NCBI GenBank assembly: GCA_015061605.1
Contig: SUWH01000015.1
Coordinates: 2,693-66,692 of the forward strand
Source of the DNA: Lentisphaerota bacterium
Lineage (GTDB): Bacteria > Verrucomicrobiota > Lentisphaeria > Victivallales > Victivallaceae
Direction of reading: 5' to 3'
DNA: 64,000 nt
The translations under genes and the position numbers were made by a program. This document shows, piece by piece, positions 47,544-55,668 of this stretch (positions are counted from its first letter, which is position 1; each line of letters opens with the position of its first letter). A model generated the notes under the pieces. That model was not told the origin of the DNA. It saw only the letters and a list, made by a program, of their open reading frames with translations, and did no database searches.

Positions 47544-47592
47544 GATAGTATCTTTTTTGCAGATATGACACTTTTTTCTTTTTATGACAGTA

Positions 47593-47620
47593 AATATAGC
47601 ATAAAAAAAAGGCTTGTCAA
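47593..47620 (-). promoter_or_regulatory. Sigma70-like promoter of the GntR-headed operon
   Basis: On the minus strand: TTGACA (47620-47615), 16 nt, TATATT (47598-47593). It lies about 50 nt upstream of the ATG at 47543. Confidence 0.45.
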
Positions 47621-47626
47621 GAGTTT

Positions 47627-49843
47627 TTATAAGCTTTTCAGAATAATTTTTTCATCTTTTTGCAGCGGTATGAGAATTCTGTTTGAGGCAATCGCTTTGG
47701 CATGGTCCGGCAGGTGCCATTTTTTTACCGGAGGCGGCAGCTGCAATTTCAACAGATTATCTCTGGTGGCGCGGATATCAATTCTGGAGCATTTACCTGC
47801 CGCGAAGCTGAAACTGACCCGGAAACCGCCGGGAGCGGGCATATCTTTAACTTTACAGATTTTCCAGGTTTCCGGAATCCCGGAACCGACATAAAGTGTT
47901 CCCCGTCTGGCATGTACAAGCATATCCTGTATTGCAGTGACCGCTCCCATTGCGGCATCCATCTGCATGATTTCATCATGGCTGTATGAACCCATCAGAG
48001 AAAATGCGGCAAAACTGGTGTTGTGGCGGGAGTTGCCGCCTGGATTGGTGAAGTTGCGATTGAAAAGTTCCAGCATCAGTTCTGCCGCTTTTCCGCCATT
48101 GAACCGGGTGTGAAGCATTGCCGCCCATGGCATGCTCCATCCTGCCCATTGTCCCATGCCGTTGACGATCCACCGCTGTTTGGTGTTGTAAATGATCTGC
48201 CGCCACTGCGGAGCTTCAATGTCGATGGTATCAAAAGGAACTAACGCGGCAAGATGGGAATGGTGGCGGTGACTTTCTTTGAGGATCAATCCGTCCCACA
48301 GTGCGATTTCTCCGCCGGATTTCTGCCAGAGTTCATGAGGAGCATCCGGGGCATCTTCTTTTTGCATGATGCTCGCTTTGGGAAGTTTTTCCAGAACTTC
48401 CTGCCAGAAAGTCTTGACCGGTTTGCCAAGTATGGCTGCGGCACTGAGCAGATTTTCCGCCAGCCGGTGGATCGCTGCCAACTGAAAACTTGCATTGACT
48501 CCCCAGGCATCCATCGCTCCGCCCCGGTATTCCGGCGAGATGCTGAACGGCAGCTGCATTGTACCGTCAGCATTGAATTTGATCATTTTTTCAAAGACAT
48601 TCATCACTCCGTCCATAAATTCAAAGACGGTGTCGCGCAGATATTCCATGTCGCTGAAGTAATCGCAGTAGTCATACATCATTTGTGCCACCCATGCCGC
48701 GCAGGCATGATCGACGGTTCCGGTCCAGAATCCGCCCCGGCAGCGTCCCCGGTCATCGGTGGCGTGCGGCAGCATTATACCATCGCTGATCCCGACGAAA
48801 TATTCGGCATTCCGGCGCAACTCCGGGAGCATGTTGGAAATCATTTTGAACAGCGGCTTTAAATTTTCCGGACAATTTGCACGGAATGCGGGCCAGTAAC
48901 ACATTTCAACATTGATATTGAAATGATAATCTCCCGACCACGGCGGGAAGTCGTTGTCTTCGATCCACGGGCCCTGAAGTCCTGCCGGATGTCCGGATGC
49001 GTCGGTCATTGAACCGAATTTATAGAGTCCATAGCGGTAAAGTTCTTCCAATACCGGGTTGTCGAGGCGGGTTTCCGGTATATTCTGCCAATATTTTTTC
49101 CACCAGAGCCGGTTGCTTTTTTCCACGGTCTTCCATTTGAAATCCGGCATGTTGAGCAACCGTTCTTTCAAAAATTCCGTTTTTTTATCCCGGTCAAAGT
49201 AAATTGAAAGCAGATCATTGCGGTATCCGGCGGCTATTCCGTATGCCGGGTCGGCGGGGAGTTCGTTGATAAAACCGGATCTTCGGTCATTTTTGAATCT
49301 TTGCGGCGCCGGGATCCCGGCTTCAGTAAGTTTTCCGCAACTTAATGAAACCGAGTCCAGAACTTTGAATGAAGCAATGTCAGAGCAGCGCATGCCCAAA
49401 CTGCCTTTGCGTATCATATCCAGAATGATCGTTCCGGAACGTTTTTCTTTACCGCAGAGGTAATTTATTTCCAGACGGGCGTTGGATAAATTGAGTTGAA
49501 AATCGCTTAACCGACAATTCCTTTTCAACTTCACCTCGATACGTCCGGCAGGTACGATCACGGGGGGAGATTCCAAACCTTGACGGCGCTTGTGCGGATT
49601 GTGAAAAAGCCGGTGCATTTTTTCAATATCTTTTGAAAGCACGGTGTTGCGAATATTGTGTAAGCTGTGTTCCGTGGTCCATGTTACACCGCCCCGGTGA
49701 TCCCACAATGCTGAACTTCCCAGAGAAATGTTCAGCGTGTTTTTGCCGCCCCAGACCAGCACTCCAAGATAGCTGTTGCCTAAAACTGCTCCGTCCTGGA
49801 TATGGTGCAGCGGAAAATTCCTGCTTACAATATAATCGTCCAT
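47627..49843 (-). CDS. Glycoside hydrolase family 95-like (alpha-L-fucosidase/galactosidase-type six-hairpin enzyme)
   Basis: I prefer the ATG at 49843 (MDDYIVS). LGNSYLGVLVWGG...LWDHRGG and GLQGPWIEDNDFPPWSGDYHFNINVEMCYWP match the GH95 LQGxW...NINxxMxYW pattern. Confidence 0.75.
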   Translation of the reverse strand: MDDYIVSRNFPLHHIQDGAVLGNSYLGVLVWGGKNTLNISLGSSALWDHRGGVTWTTEHSLHNIRNTVLSKDIEKMHRLFHNPHKRRQGLESPPVIVPAGRIEVKLKRNCRLSDFQLNLSNARLEINYLCGKEKRSGTIILDMIRKGSLGMRCSDIASFKVLDSVSLSCGKLTEAGIPAPQRFKNDRRSGFINELPADPAYGIAAGYRNDLLSIYFDRDKKTEFLKERLLNMPDFKWKTVEKSNRLWWKKYWQNIPETRLDNPVLEELYRYGLYKFGSMTDASGHPAGLQGPWIEDNDFPPWSGDYHFNINVEMCYWPAFRANCPENLKPLFKMISNMLPELRRNAEYFVGISDGIMLPHATDDRGRCRGGFWTGTVDHACAAWVAQMMYDYCDYFSDMEYLRDTVFEFMDGVMNVFEKMIKFNADGTMQLPFSISPEYRGGAMDAWGVNASFQLAAIHRLAENLLSAAAILGKPVKTFWQEVLEKLPKASIMQKEDAPDAPHELWQKSGGEIALWDGLILKESHRHHSHLAALVPFDTIDIEAPQWRQIIYNTKQRWIVNGMGQWAGWSMPWAAMLHTRFNGGKAAELMLELFNRNFTNPGGNSRHNTSFAAFSLMGSYSHDEIMQMDAAMGAVTAIQDMLVHARRGTLYVGSGIPETWKICKVKDMPAPGGFRVSFSFAAGKCSRIDIRATRDNLLKLQLPPPVKKWHLPDHAKAIASNRILIPLQKDEKIILKSL

Positions 49844-49926
49844 AGTATGAATCTCTTTTATGATACTTAAAATACCGCAAGTTCCCTGATTTGTCAAGCT
49901 CCGGCAGAAAATGTGCCGACAAATTT

Positions 49927-50424
49927 TTACTTGTTGCTGAAGTTATCTTTCAGTTTCAAATGAAACGGTTGGGATACTTTCGACTGTTTTCCTGATTTGT
50001 CGCGGTAGATGATAAAGGCATAGAAGTCGGTATCGGCAAGGAATCCGGTGACCAGAGTTCCGGATTTACGGATGTTTTTTCCCAGACATATTGCCTGAGA
50101 ACCGTCTTTATTCAAACTCAGATAGATGTCGTAACTTACCACCTGCGGCATCTCTTTGAAGTAAAACAATCCGCGGCTTCCGTCATACAGATAATCCGGA
50201 TGTTTCACCTCCGTGATTTCAGATGCCGGGAGTGTGCCGGTTTTATCCAAAGCTTTTATAATGTTGAAAGTGTCATTTTGCACCGGCAGTACCGGCATGA
50301 TTGAATCCGGCTGCAACTGCATCATCTCTTTTGAAGCGTATTCAGCGTAGAGACTGCCGAGGATGACCGGTTTTTCTTCAACTTTTTCCAGCGTGTTGAC
50401 ATATTTCACGCACAGCTGTCCCAT
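49927..50424 (-). CDS. Hypothetical protein; its annotated ATG lies inside the MITE terminal repeat
   Basis: 165-aa ORF. The first five codons (ATGGGACAGCTGTGC) come from the end of MITE copy B. An in-frame GTG at 50409-50407 is the first codon outside the element. Confidence 0.5.
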   Translation of the reverse strand: MGQLCVKYVNTLEKVEEKPVILGSLYAEYASKEMMQLQPDSIMPVLPVQNDTFNIIKALDKTGTLPASEITEVKHPDYLYDGSRGLFYFKEMPQVVSYDIYLSLNKDGSQAICLGKNIRKSGTLVTGFLADTDFYAFIIYRDKSGKQSKVSQPFHLKLKDNFSNK

Positions 50425-50693
50425 AAAATAAGAAAAACATCTGCTCTCTCAAGTTTTTCAGCGAAAGAAAATTGAATTTTGAAAAAGTGATTTTGGCAGA
50501 TTTTCCTGCCCGAAGCAGTTGCGCTCGAAACTGCCTGTTTCCAGTCGGCGGATGCAGTGCGAGGCAAGGTCGGGTTTTGCAAGCGAGAAGCGAGGGGAGT
50601 GTACGATTGTACTCGACCCGAGCGGCGAGCGAAGCAAGGCGCGAGATTGCCCGCAATGCGCCGCCGTCCGTTGTTTTTTGTGAGATGTCTGTG
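50411..50693. mobile_element. 283-bp MITE (copy B), inverted relative to copy A
   Basis: The reverse complement aligns end to end with 36027-36309. The core is nearly identical and the roughly 70 nt at one end are diverged. Ends are CACAGCTGTCCCAT... and ...GAGATGTCTGTG. A solo 12-nt end, GGGATATCTGTG (50701-50712), follows 7 nt later. Confidence 0.75.
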
Positions 50694-50742
50694 GTTTTAC
50701 GGGATATCTGTGACTCAATATGGTTATTTTTCGGGGAAGAAG

Positions 50743-50770
50743 TTGACAAATCAACTTTGTGTGCTATATT
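50743..50770 (+). promoter_or_regulatory. Sigma70-like promoter of the NifX-like gene
   Basis: TTGACA (50743-50748), 16 nt, TATATT (50765-50770). It lies 40 nt upstream of the ATG at 50810. Confidence 0.45.
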
Positions 50771-50809
50771 TCAAGTGAGTTCATGACAGTTGTTACAGAG
50801 AGGTGAAAT

Positions 50810-51250
50810 ATGAAAATTGCAGTTACTTGTGAAAATGATCAGGTCTTTCAGCATTTCGGTCATACGCCGGGATTTGCGGTATTTGAAGCTGTTGACGGGA
50901 AAATAACTTCGGAAAAAATGCTTCCCAGCGGTAATTCCGGACACGGCGCGCTCGCCACGCTGCTCGCCTTTGAACAGGTCGAAGTCCTCATTTGCGGCGG
51001 TATCGGCGGCGGCGCGATCAACGCGCTCGGTAATGCCGGGATCAAAGTAATCGGCGGAGCTTCCGGCAATGTCCGGGAAGTCGCTGAAGCTTTTGTCAAC
51101 GGGACGCTTCAAGTCAGAGCCGATTTCCACTGCAACCACCATCACGGTGAACACACTTGCGGCAGTCACTCCCATGAAGATGGGCACACTTGCGGCAGTC
51201 ACTCCCATGAAGATGGGCACACTTGCGGCAGTCACGGCTGCAAACACTGA
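50810..51250 (+). CDS. NifB/NifX-family (dinitrogenase Fe-Mo cofactor domain) protein with His/Cys-rich C-terminal repeat tail
   Basis: MKIAVTCENDQVFQHFGHTPGFAVFE...VLICGGIGGGAINALGNAGIKV is the NifX/NifB-C fold signature. The tail is HCNHHHGEHTCGSHSHEDGHTCGSHSHEDGHTCGSHGCKH. GAGAGGTGA RBS. Confidence 0.85.
   Translation: MKIAVTCENDQVFQHFGHTPGFAVFEAVDGKITSEKMLPSGNSGHGALATLLAFEQVEVLICGGIGGGAINALGNAGIKVIGGASGNVREVAEAFVNGTLQVRADFHCNHHHGEHTCGSHSHEDGHTCGSHSHEDGHTCGSHGCKH
51152..51235 (+). repeat. About 2.5 perfect copies of a 33-bp tandem repeat (encodes HTCGSHSHEDG)
   Basis: CACACTTGCGGCAGTCACTCCCATGAAGATGGG occurs at 51152 and 51185, with a partial third copy from 51218. Confidence 0.9.
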
Positions 51251-51269
51251 AAAATTTTTCAAAGTACCC

Positions 51270-51297
51270 TTGAAAAATCATTTTTTTGCATTATATT
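51270..51297 (+). promoter_or_regulatory. Sigma70-like promoter of the aroF-pheA leader
   Basis: TTGAAA (51270-51275), 16 nt, TATATT (51292-51297). It lies about 30 nt upstream of the leader ORF. Confidence 0.45.
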
Positions 51298-51328
51298 AGA
51301 TGCAAACAACAAAATAAAAGGATTCAAT

Positions 51329-51412
51329 ATGTCTTTGTTTACCGGCAAATTTTTTAACTTTATCAGCTTCTATTATTACTTTAGAGGCGGGGTTTGCCGT
51401 GCAATGATTTGA
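51329..51412 (+). CDS. Candidate Phe/Tyr-rich attenuation leader peptide (27 aa)
   Basis: Too short for the ORF track. AAAGGA lies 6 nt upstream of the ATG at 51329. The ORF reads MSLFTGKFFNFISFYYYFRGGVCRAMI, then TGA at 51410. There are 6 Phe and 3 Tyr in the first 18 codons. Confidence 0.6.
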   Translation: MSLFTGKFFNFISFYYYFRGGVCRAMI

Positions 51413-51437
51413 TGCTTTTGATGATTTTGAACAGCAA

Positions 51438-51476
51438 ACTCCGTAACGAAAATTCACGTTGCGGAGTTTTTTTTTG
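51438..51476 (+). terminator. Intrinsic terminator (attenuator) between the leader ORF and aroF
   Basis: ACTCCGTAACG (51438-51448) pairs with CGTTGCGGAGT (51457-51467): 11 bp including one G-U, 8-nt loop, then a run of 9 T. The terminator ends 37 nt before the aroF ATG. Confidence 0.75.
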
Positions 51477-51512
51477 ACAATAATTTGATTTTTATATAGG
51501 AGTAAAGAAAAA

Positions 51513-52529
51513 ATGGTAATCATCCTGAAAGACAATGCCGATCCCCGGCAGCTCGAGGCCCTCAAAAAATGGGTCGAAACTCAAAATGTCCATGTCCATC
51601 AGAGTCAGGGGTCCCATCAGACCATCCTCGGTCTGGTCGGTGACACTGTCCACATCGATATCGACATGATCAAACAGCTGGAGATCGTCGAAGATGTCCG
51701 CCGCATTCAGGAGCCGTTCAAAAGTGCCAACCGCAAATTTCATCCGCTGGATACGGTGATCGATGTCAACGGCCATTTGGTCGGTGACGGCAATCTCTGC
51801 GTCATTGCCGGTCCGTGTTCCATTGAAAGTGAAACCCAGATCATGACTGTGGCGCGCAGTGTGAAAAAATCCGGAGCCTCCATGCTTCGCGGCGGAGCAT
51901 TCAAACCCCGTACCTCTCCGTACAGCTTTCAGGGAATGCGCGATGAAGGTATCAAACTGCTGCTGCAGGCAGGCAAAGAGACCGGTCTGCCGGTGGTGAC
52001 GGAAGTCATGGATATTTCCCAGCTCAATCTCTTTGCTGAAGTCGATGTGATTCAGGTCGGAGCGCGCAATATGCAGAACTTTGAACTGCTCAAAGAGCTT
52101 GGACATTGCAATAAACCGATTCTGCTCAAGCGCGGCTTGTGCGCCACATTTCAGGAGTTGCTGATGAGTGCCGAGTACATCCTTGCCAACGGCAATGATA
52201 AAGTTATCCTCTGCGAACGCGGCATCCGCACTTTTGAAGACTACACCCGCAACACGCTGGATATTTCCATGATCCCGGCAATGAAAGAGCTTTCACATCT
52301 GCCGGTCATCATCGACCCCAGTCATGCCGCCGGTATGGCGCGATTTGTTGCGCCGCTTTCCCGTGCCGCAGTCGCCGCCGGGACCGACGGTCTGATCATC
52401 GAAGTCCACAACGACCCGGCGCGCGCCCGCTGTGACGGGCCGCAGTCGCTGACGATGGAGGCGTTTGACCATCTGATGAAAGATCTTACCCGCTTCCACG
52501 AGCTGGCAAAAGAGTGCAAAATGAAATAA
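51513..52529 (+). CDS. aroF: 3-deoxy-7-phosphoheptulonate (DAHP) synthase, type I-beta, with N-terminal ferredoxin-like regulatory domain
   Basis: LCVIAGPCSIESETQIM...LRGGAFKPRTSPYSFQG...; about 70-aa N-terminal extension (MVIILKDNADPRQLEALKKWVE...) as in Thermotoga-type enzymes. Confidence 0.9.
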   Translation: MVIILKDNADPRQLEALKKWVETQNVHVHQSQGSHQTILGLVGDTVHIDIDMIKQLEIVEDVRRIQEPFKSANRKFHPLDTVIDVNGHLVGDGNLCVIAGPCSIESETQIMTVARSVKKSGASMLRGGAFKPRTSPYSFQGMRDEGIKLLLQAGKETGLPVVTEVMDISQLNLFAEVDVIQVGARNMQNFELLKELGHCNKPILLKRGLCATFQELLMSAEYILANGNDKVILCERGIRTFEDYTRNTLDISMIPAMKELSHLPVIIDPSHAAGMARFVAPLSRAAVAAGTDGLIIEVHNDPARARCDGPQSLTMEAFDHLMKDLTRFHELAKECKMK

Positions 52530-52565
52530 GATAAACAACATATATAACATATTTGGAAAAATACT

Positions 52566-53705
52566 ATGAGTATCGAAAAATGCCGCAATGAGATCGATCG
52601 TATCGACAGTGAAATCCTGGAACTATTCCATCAGCGTATGGGAGTGGTTTCAGAGATCGCCAAATTGAAAAAAGCTTCCCACGCTTCCGTATTGAACCGG
52701 GCGCGGGAACGGGAGATTTTGCACCGGGTTTTCAACAACAGTGAAAACAAGCTCGGCAAATATTCGGTCAACCTTTTCACCACTCTGATGGAGCTTTCCC
52801 GGGCGTATCAGCGTGAACAGAACTCTCCAGACCGCGGAATGCGCGATGAACTGGATGTCATCCGCGCCAACACTCCCGCCCGGTTCCCCGAAAGTGCGGT
52901 TGTCGCCTGCATGGGAATGGAAGGAACCTATGGTCAGATCGCCTGCGACAGACTTTTCAAAGTTGCCAACATCATCTATTTCAAAAACTTTGCCGGAGTA
53001 TGCAAGGCGGTTTCCGACGGTCTGTGCGAATATGGTGTGCTGCCGGTCGACAACACCACCAGCGGTACGGTCGATGGTGTTTATGAACTTATGCAGCAGG
53101 GAAACTTCCACATTGTCCGCAGTATCAATCAGCAGGTTTCAAGCGTTCTGCTTGCACCGCGCGGCGTGAAGCTCAAAGATGTGAAAGAAATTTATTCCCA
53201 TCCCCAGCCATTCAAACAGTGTTCGGAATTTCTCAAAAACCTCGAAGGGGTCAAATTGACTGTGGCGGACAGTACAGCCACTGCCGCCGCTATGGCTGCT
53301 GACAGCGGCAGAAATGATGTGGCGGCGATCGCTTCACGCAACTGCCGTGATCTCTGCAATCTGGAAATCATTTCCGACAACATCCAGAACAGCGACTACA
53401 ACTACACCCGCTTCGTCTGCATTTCCCGCATCCCGCAGATTTTCCCCGGTGCGAACAAGATCAGTTTGATTGCGGTACTTTCCCACCGTCCCGGTGCGCT
53501 GCATTCGGTGCTGTCCAAGTTCTCCGCCCTCGGGCTGAACCTCACCAAACTGGAAAGCCGTCCCATTCCCGGCAGAAAGTTTGAATATATGTTCTACTTC
53601 GATTTTGAAGCTTCGGTCGCCGATCCGGGGATCGCTGAACTTCTGGGCGAACTGCGCAATGAAACCGAGAAATTTGTCTTCCTCGGCAACTATTCCGAAA
53701 TCTGA
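52566..53705 (+). CDS. pheA: Bifunctional chorismate mutase / prephenate dehydratase
   Basis: CM_2 helix bundle (CRNEIDRIDSEILELFHQRM), PDT domain (ACMGMEGTYGQIA..., NYTRFVCIS) and ACT domain (LTKLESRPIPG). Confidence 0.9.
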   Translation: MSIEKCRNEIDRIDSEILELFHQRMGVVSEIAKLKKASHASVLNRAREREILHRVFNNSENKLGKYSVNLFTTLMELSRAYQREQNSPDRGMRDELDVIRANTPARFPESAVVACMGMEGTYGQIACDRLFKVANIIYFKNFAGVCKAVSDGLCEYGVLPVDNTTSGTVDGVYELMQQGNFHIVRSINQQVSSVLLAPRGVKLKDVKEIYSHPQPFKQCSEFLKNLEGVKLTVADSTATAAAMAADSGRNDVAAIASRNCRDLCNLEIISDNIQNSDYNYTRFVCISRIPQIFPGANKISLIAVLSHRPGALHSVLSKFSALGLNLTKLESRPIPGRKFEYMFYFDFEASVADPGIAELLGELRNETEKFVFLGNYSEI

Positions 53706-53724
53706 TCTCCGGAAAACATCGACG

Positions 53725-53757
53725 GCGTTGTCTGCACAAGACAGCGCTGTTTTTTTT
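53725..53757 (+). terminator. Rho-independent terminator after pheA
   Basis: GCGTTGTCT (53725-53733) pairs with AGACAGCGC (53739-53747): 9 bp with one G-U, 5-nt loop, then TGTTTTTTTT. Confidence 0.7.
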
Positions 53758-53877
53758 ATGCAAAAAATCGCTGAAAAATTATTTTTCTGCCTTGAAATGC
53801 CTCTGCCCGGTGCTATATTTTACAGCAAGCAATAAAAACCTTAAATAAAAATTTTTCAAAAAGGCAATTGCAGAAAA

Positions 53878-55668
53878 ATGCAACGATTCAACAGTGAACC
53901 GGATCGGGATAAGGTTCTCGACGGTTACGAAAAACAATCGTTCGACAAAGTCTGGGCGCTGCTGCGTCCTTACCGGTCGATGCTCTTCGGCTCGATGGCA
54001 ACTCTCATTCTTTTCAACATGGTTGGTCTTACCATGCCGTGGATGTTGAAACTTGCTATCGACCGCATTCTTCCCAACGCTGATTTCATACTTTACTGGG
54101 TGGTCGCCGGTGTGATGCTCATATTTTATCTGATGCGTTCCATGCTGCGCTACATCGCCTGTTATACCATCGACTATATGGGAGTGCGGGTGATGATAGA
54201 TTTGCGGCAGAAAGTTTTCAGCCATCTGCAGAGTCTTTCACTGCGTTTCTACGAAGAGTACCGTACCGGTAAACTCATCAGCAACGTTATCAGCGATGTC
54301 GCAATGCTTCAGATGCTGCTGCGGACACTCACGACTCTTGGCGAACAGCTTTTCCAACTCTGCCTGATCGCCGGACTGCTGCTGCTTATCAACTGGAAAC
54401 TCGGACTTATGGTTTTTCTTACCATCCCGATACATTATATCAACTTTCACTATTTCCGCAAGGAGATGAAAAAAGATTCCATGGTTATCCAGGAGAAAAT
54501 GTCAGAGATCTCCGCCAATCTGTCCGAAACTTTGAGCGGGGTGAAAGTGGTTAAATCTTTTGCCAAAGAGCATAGCGAATGCCGTAAATTTTTCCAGAAT
54601 CTGCGCCCGCTTGCCGATATGCAGATGCGGTTGACCGTAGATTCGGTCGGATTGTGGGCGGTGTTTGATACCATCACGCTTTTTACCTATCTGTCAATAA
54701 TCGGAACCGGTATCCTTTTTATCAAGGACAATACGATCACTATCGGTGAATTTGTCGCCTTTTACACCTATGTCGGTATGATGCTCAATCCGATCAATGC
54801 GCTTTCCGGTATGTCGATAACCTTTGCTCAAGGCATGGTCGGTGCCAGCAGGATCATCAAACTGCTCAATACCATTCCGGAGATCCGCGAAGTGCCGAAT
54901 GCAACTCATGTGGGACTGTTGAGCGGTAAGATCGACTTTAAAAATGTCACATTCAGCTATGAACAGGAAAAAGGTGCCACTATTGACAACTTTTCTCTCA
55001 GCATCCGTCCCGGGCAGAAGGTCGCACTGGTCGGCCCCAGCGGTTCGGGAAAATCCACCATCAGTAATCTTCTGCTGCGCTTTTATGATGTCTGCGGCGG
55101 TTCGATCCGGGTCGATGATTACGATATACGCAGACTGAATTTGAATACCTACCGCGACAACATAGGTATTGTTTTGCAGGAACCGTTTCTCTTTTCCGGA
55201 ACCATACGGGACAATATTGCCTATGCAGTCAAACGGGAGGTTTCCGATGATGAAATTTTCGCCGCCGCCAAAATGGCAAATGTGGAAGAGTTCGTTTCCC
55301 AGCTGCCCGACGGTTACGATACTGTTATCGGCGAAAACGGTGCGAGTCTTTCCGGCGGTCAGAAACAGCGCCTTGCCATCGCCCGTGCCGTGCTGAAAAA
55401 TCCGTCGATCCTGATCCTCGATGAAGCCACCAGCGCGTTGGATACCGTTTCTGAATATCTGGTACAGGATGCTCTGGATAAACTTATGCGCGACAAGACC
55501 ACCATTATCATTGCCCACCGCCTGTCAACCATCAAAAATGCCGATGTTATAGTTGTGCTGGATAAAGGAAAGATCGTCCAGCAGGGACGGCATGATGACC
55601 TGATGTCACAACCGGGAACTTACCGGGAACTTTATCAGACCCAGACTAAAATGAACAGGGGGCATTGA
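53878..55668 (+). CDS. ABC exporter, fused permease/ATPase (MsbA-like)
   Basis: Six-TM exporter domain followed by Walker A GPSGSGKST, signature LSGGQKQR and Walker B ILILDEATS. Confidence 0.9.
   Translation: MQRFNSEPDRDKVLDGYEKQSFDKVWALLRPYRSMLFGSMATLILFNMVGLTMPWMLKLAIDRILPNADFILYWVVAGVMLIFYLMRSMLRYIACYTIDYMGVRVMIDLRQKVFSHLQSLSLRFYEEYRTGKLISNVISDVAMLQMLLRTLTTLGEQLFQLCLIAGLLLLINWKLGLMVFLTIPIHYINFHYFRKEMKKDSMVIQEKMSEISANLSETLSGVKVVKSFAKEHSECRKFFQNLRPLADMQMRLTVDSVGLWAVFDTITLFTYLSIIGTGILFIKDNTITIGEFVAFYTYVGMMLNPINALSGMSITFAQGMVGASRIIKLLNTIPEIREVPNATHVGLLSGKIDFKNVTFSYEQEKGATIDNFSLSIRPGQKVALVGPSGSGKSTISNLLLRFYDVCGGSIRVDDYDIRRLNLNTYRDNIGIVLQEPFLFSGTIRDNIAYAVKREVSDDEIFAAAKMANVEEFVSQLPDGYDTVIGENGASLSGGQKQRLAIARAVLKNPSILILDEATSALDTVSEYLVQDALDKLMRDKTTIIIAHRLSTIKNADVIVVLDKGKIVQQGRHDDLMSQPGTYRELYQTQTKMNRGH

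Noticed and set aside
51251-51512. A possible T-box or riboswitch leader in front of aroF.
   Set aside because: I could not find a T-box-type conserved box or a specifier-loop arrangement, and the leader (about 170 nt) is short for a T-box. The F/Y-rich mini-ORF with 2:3 and 3:4 alternative pairing explains the terminator better.
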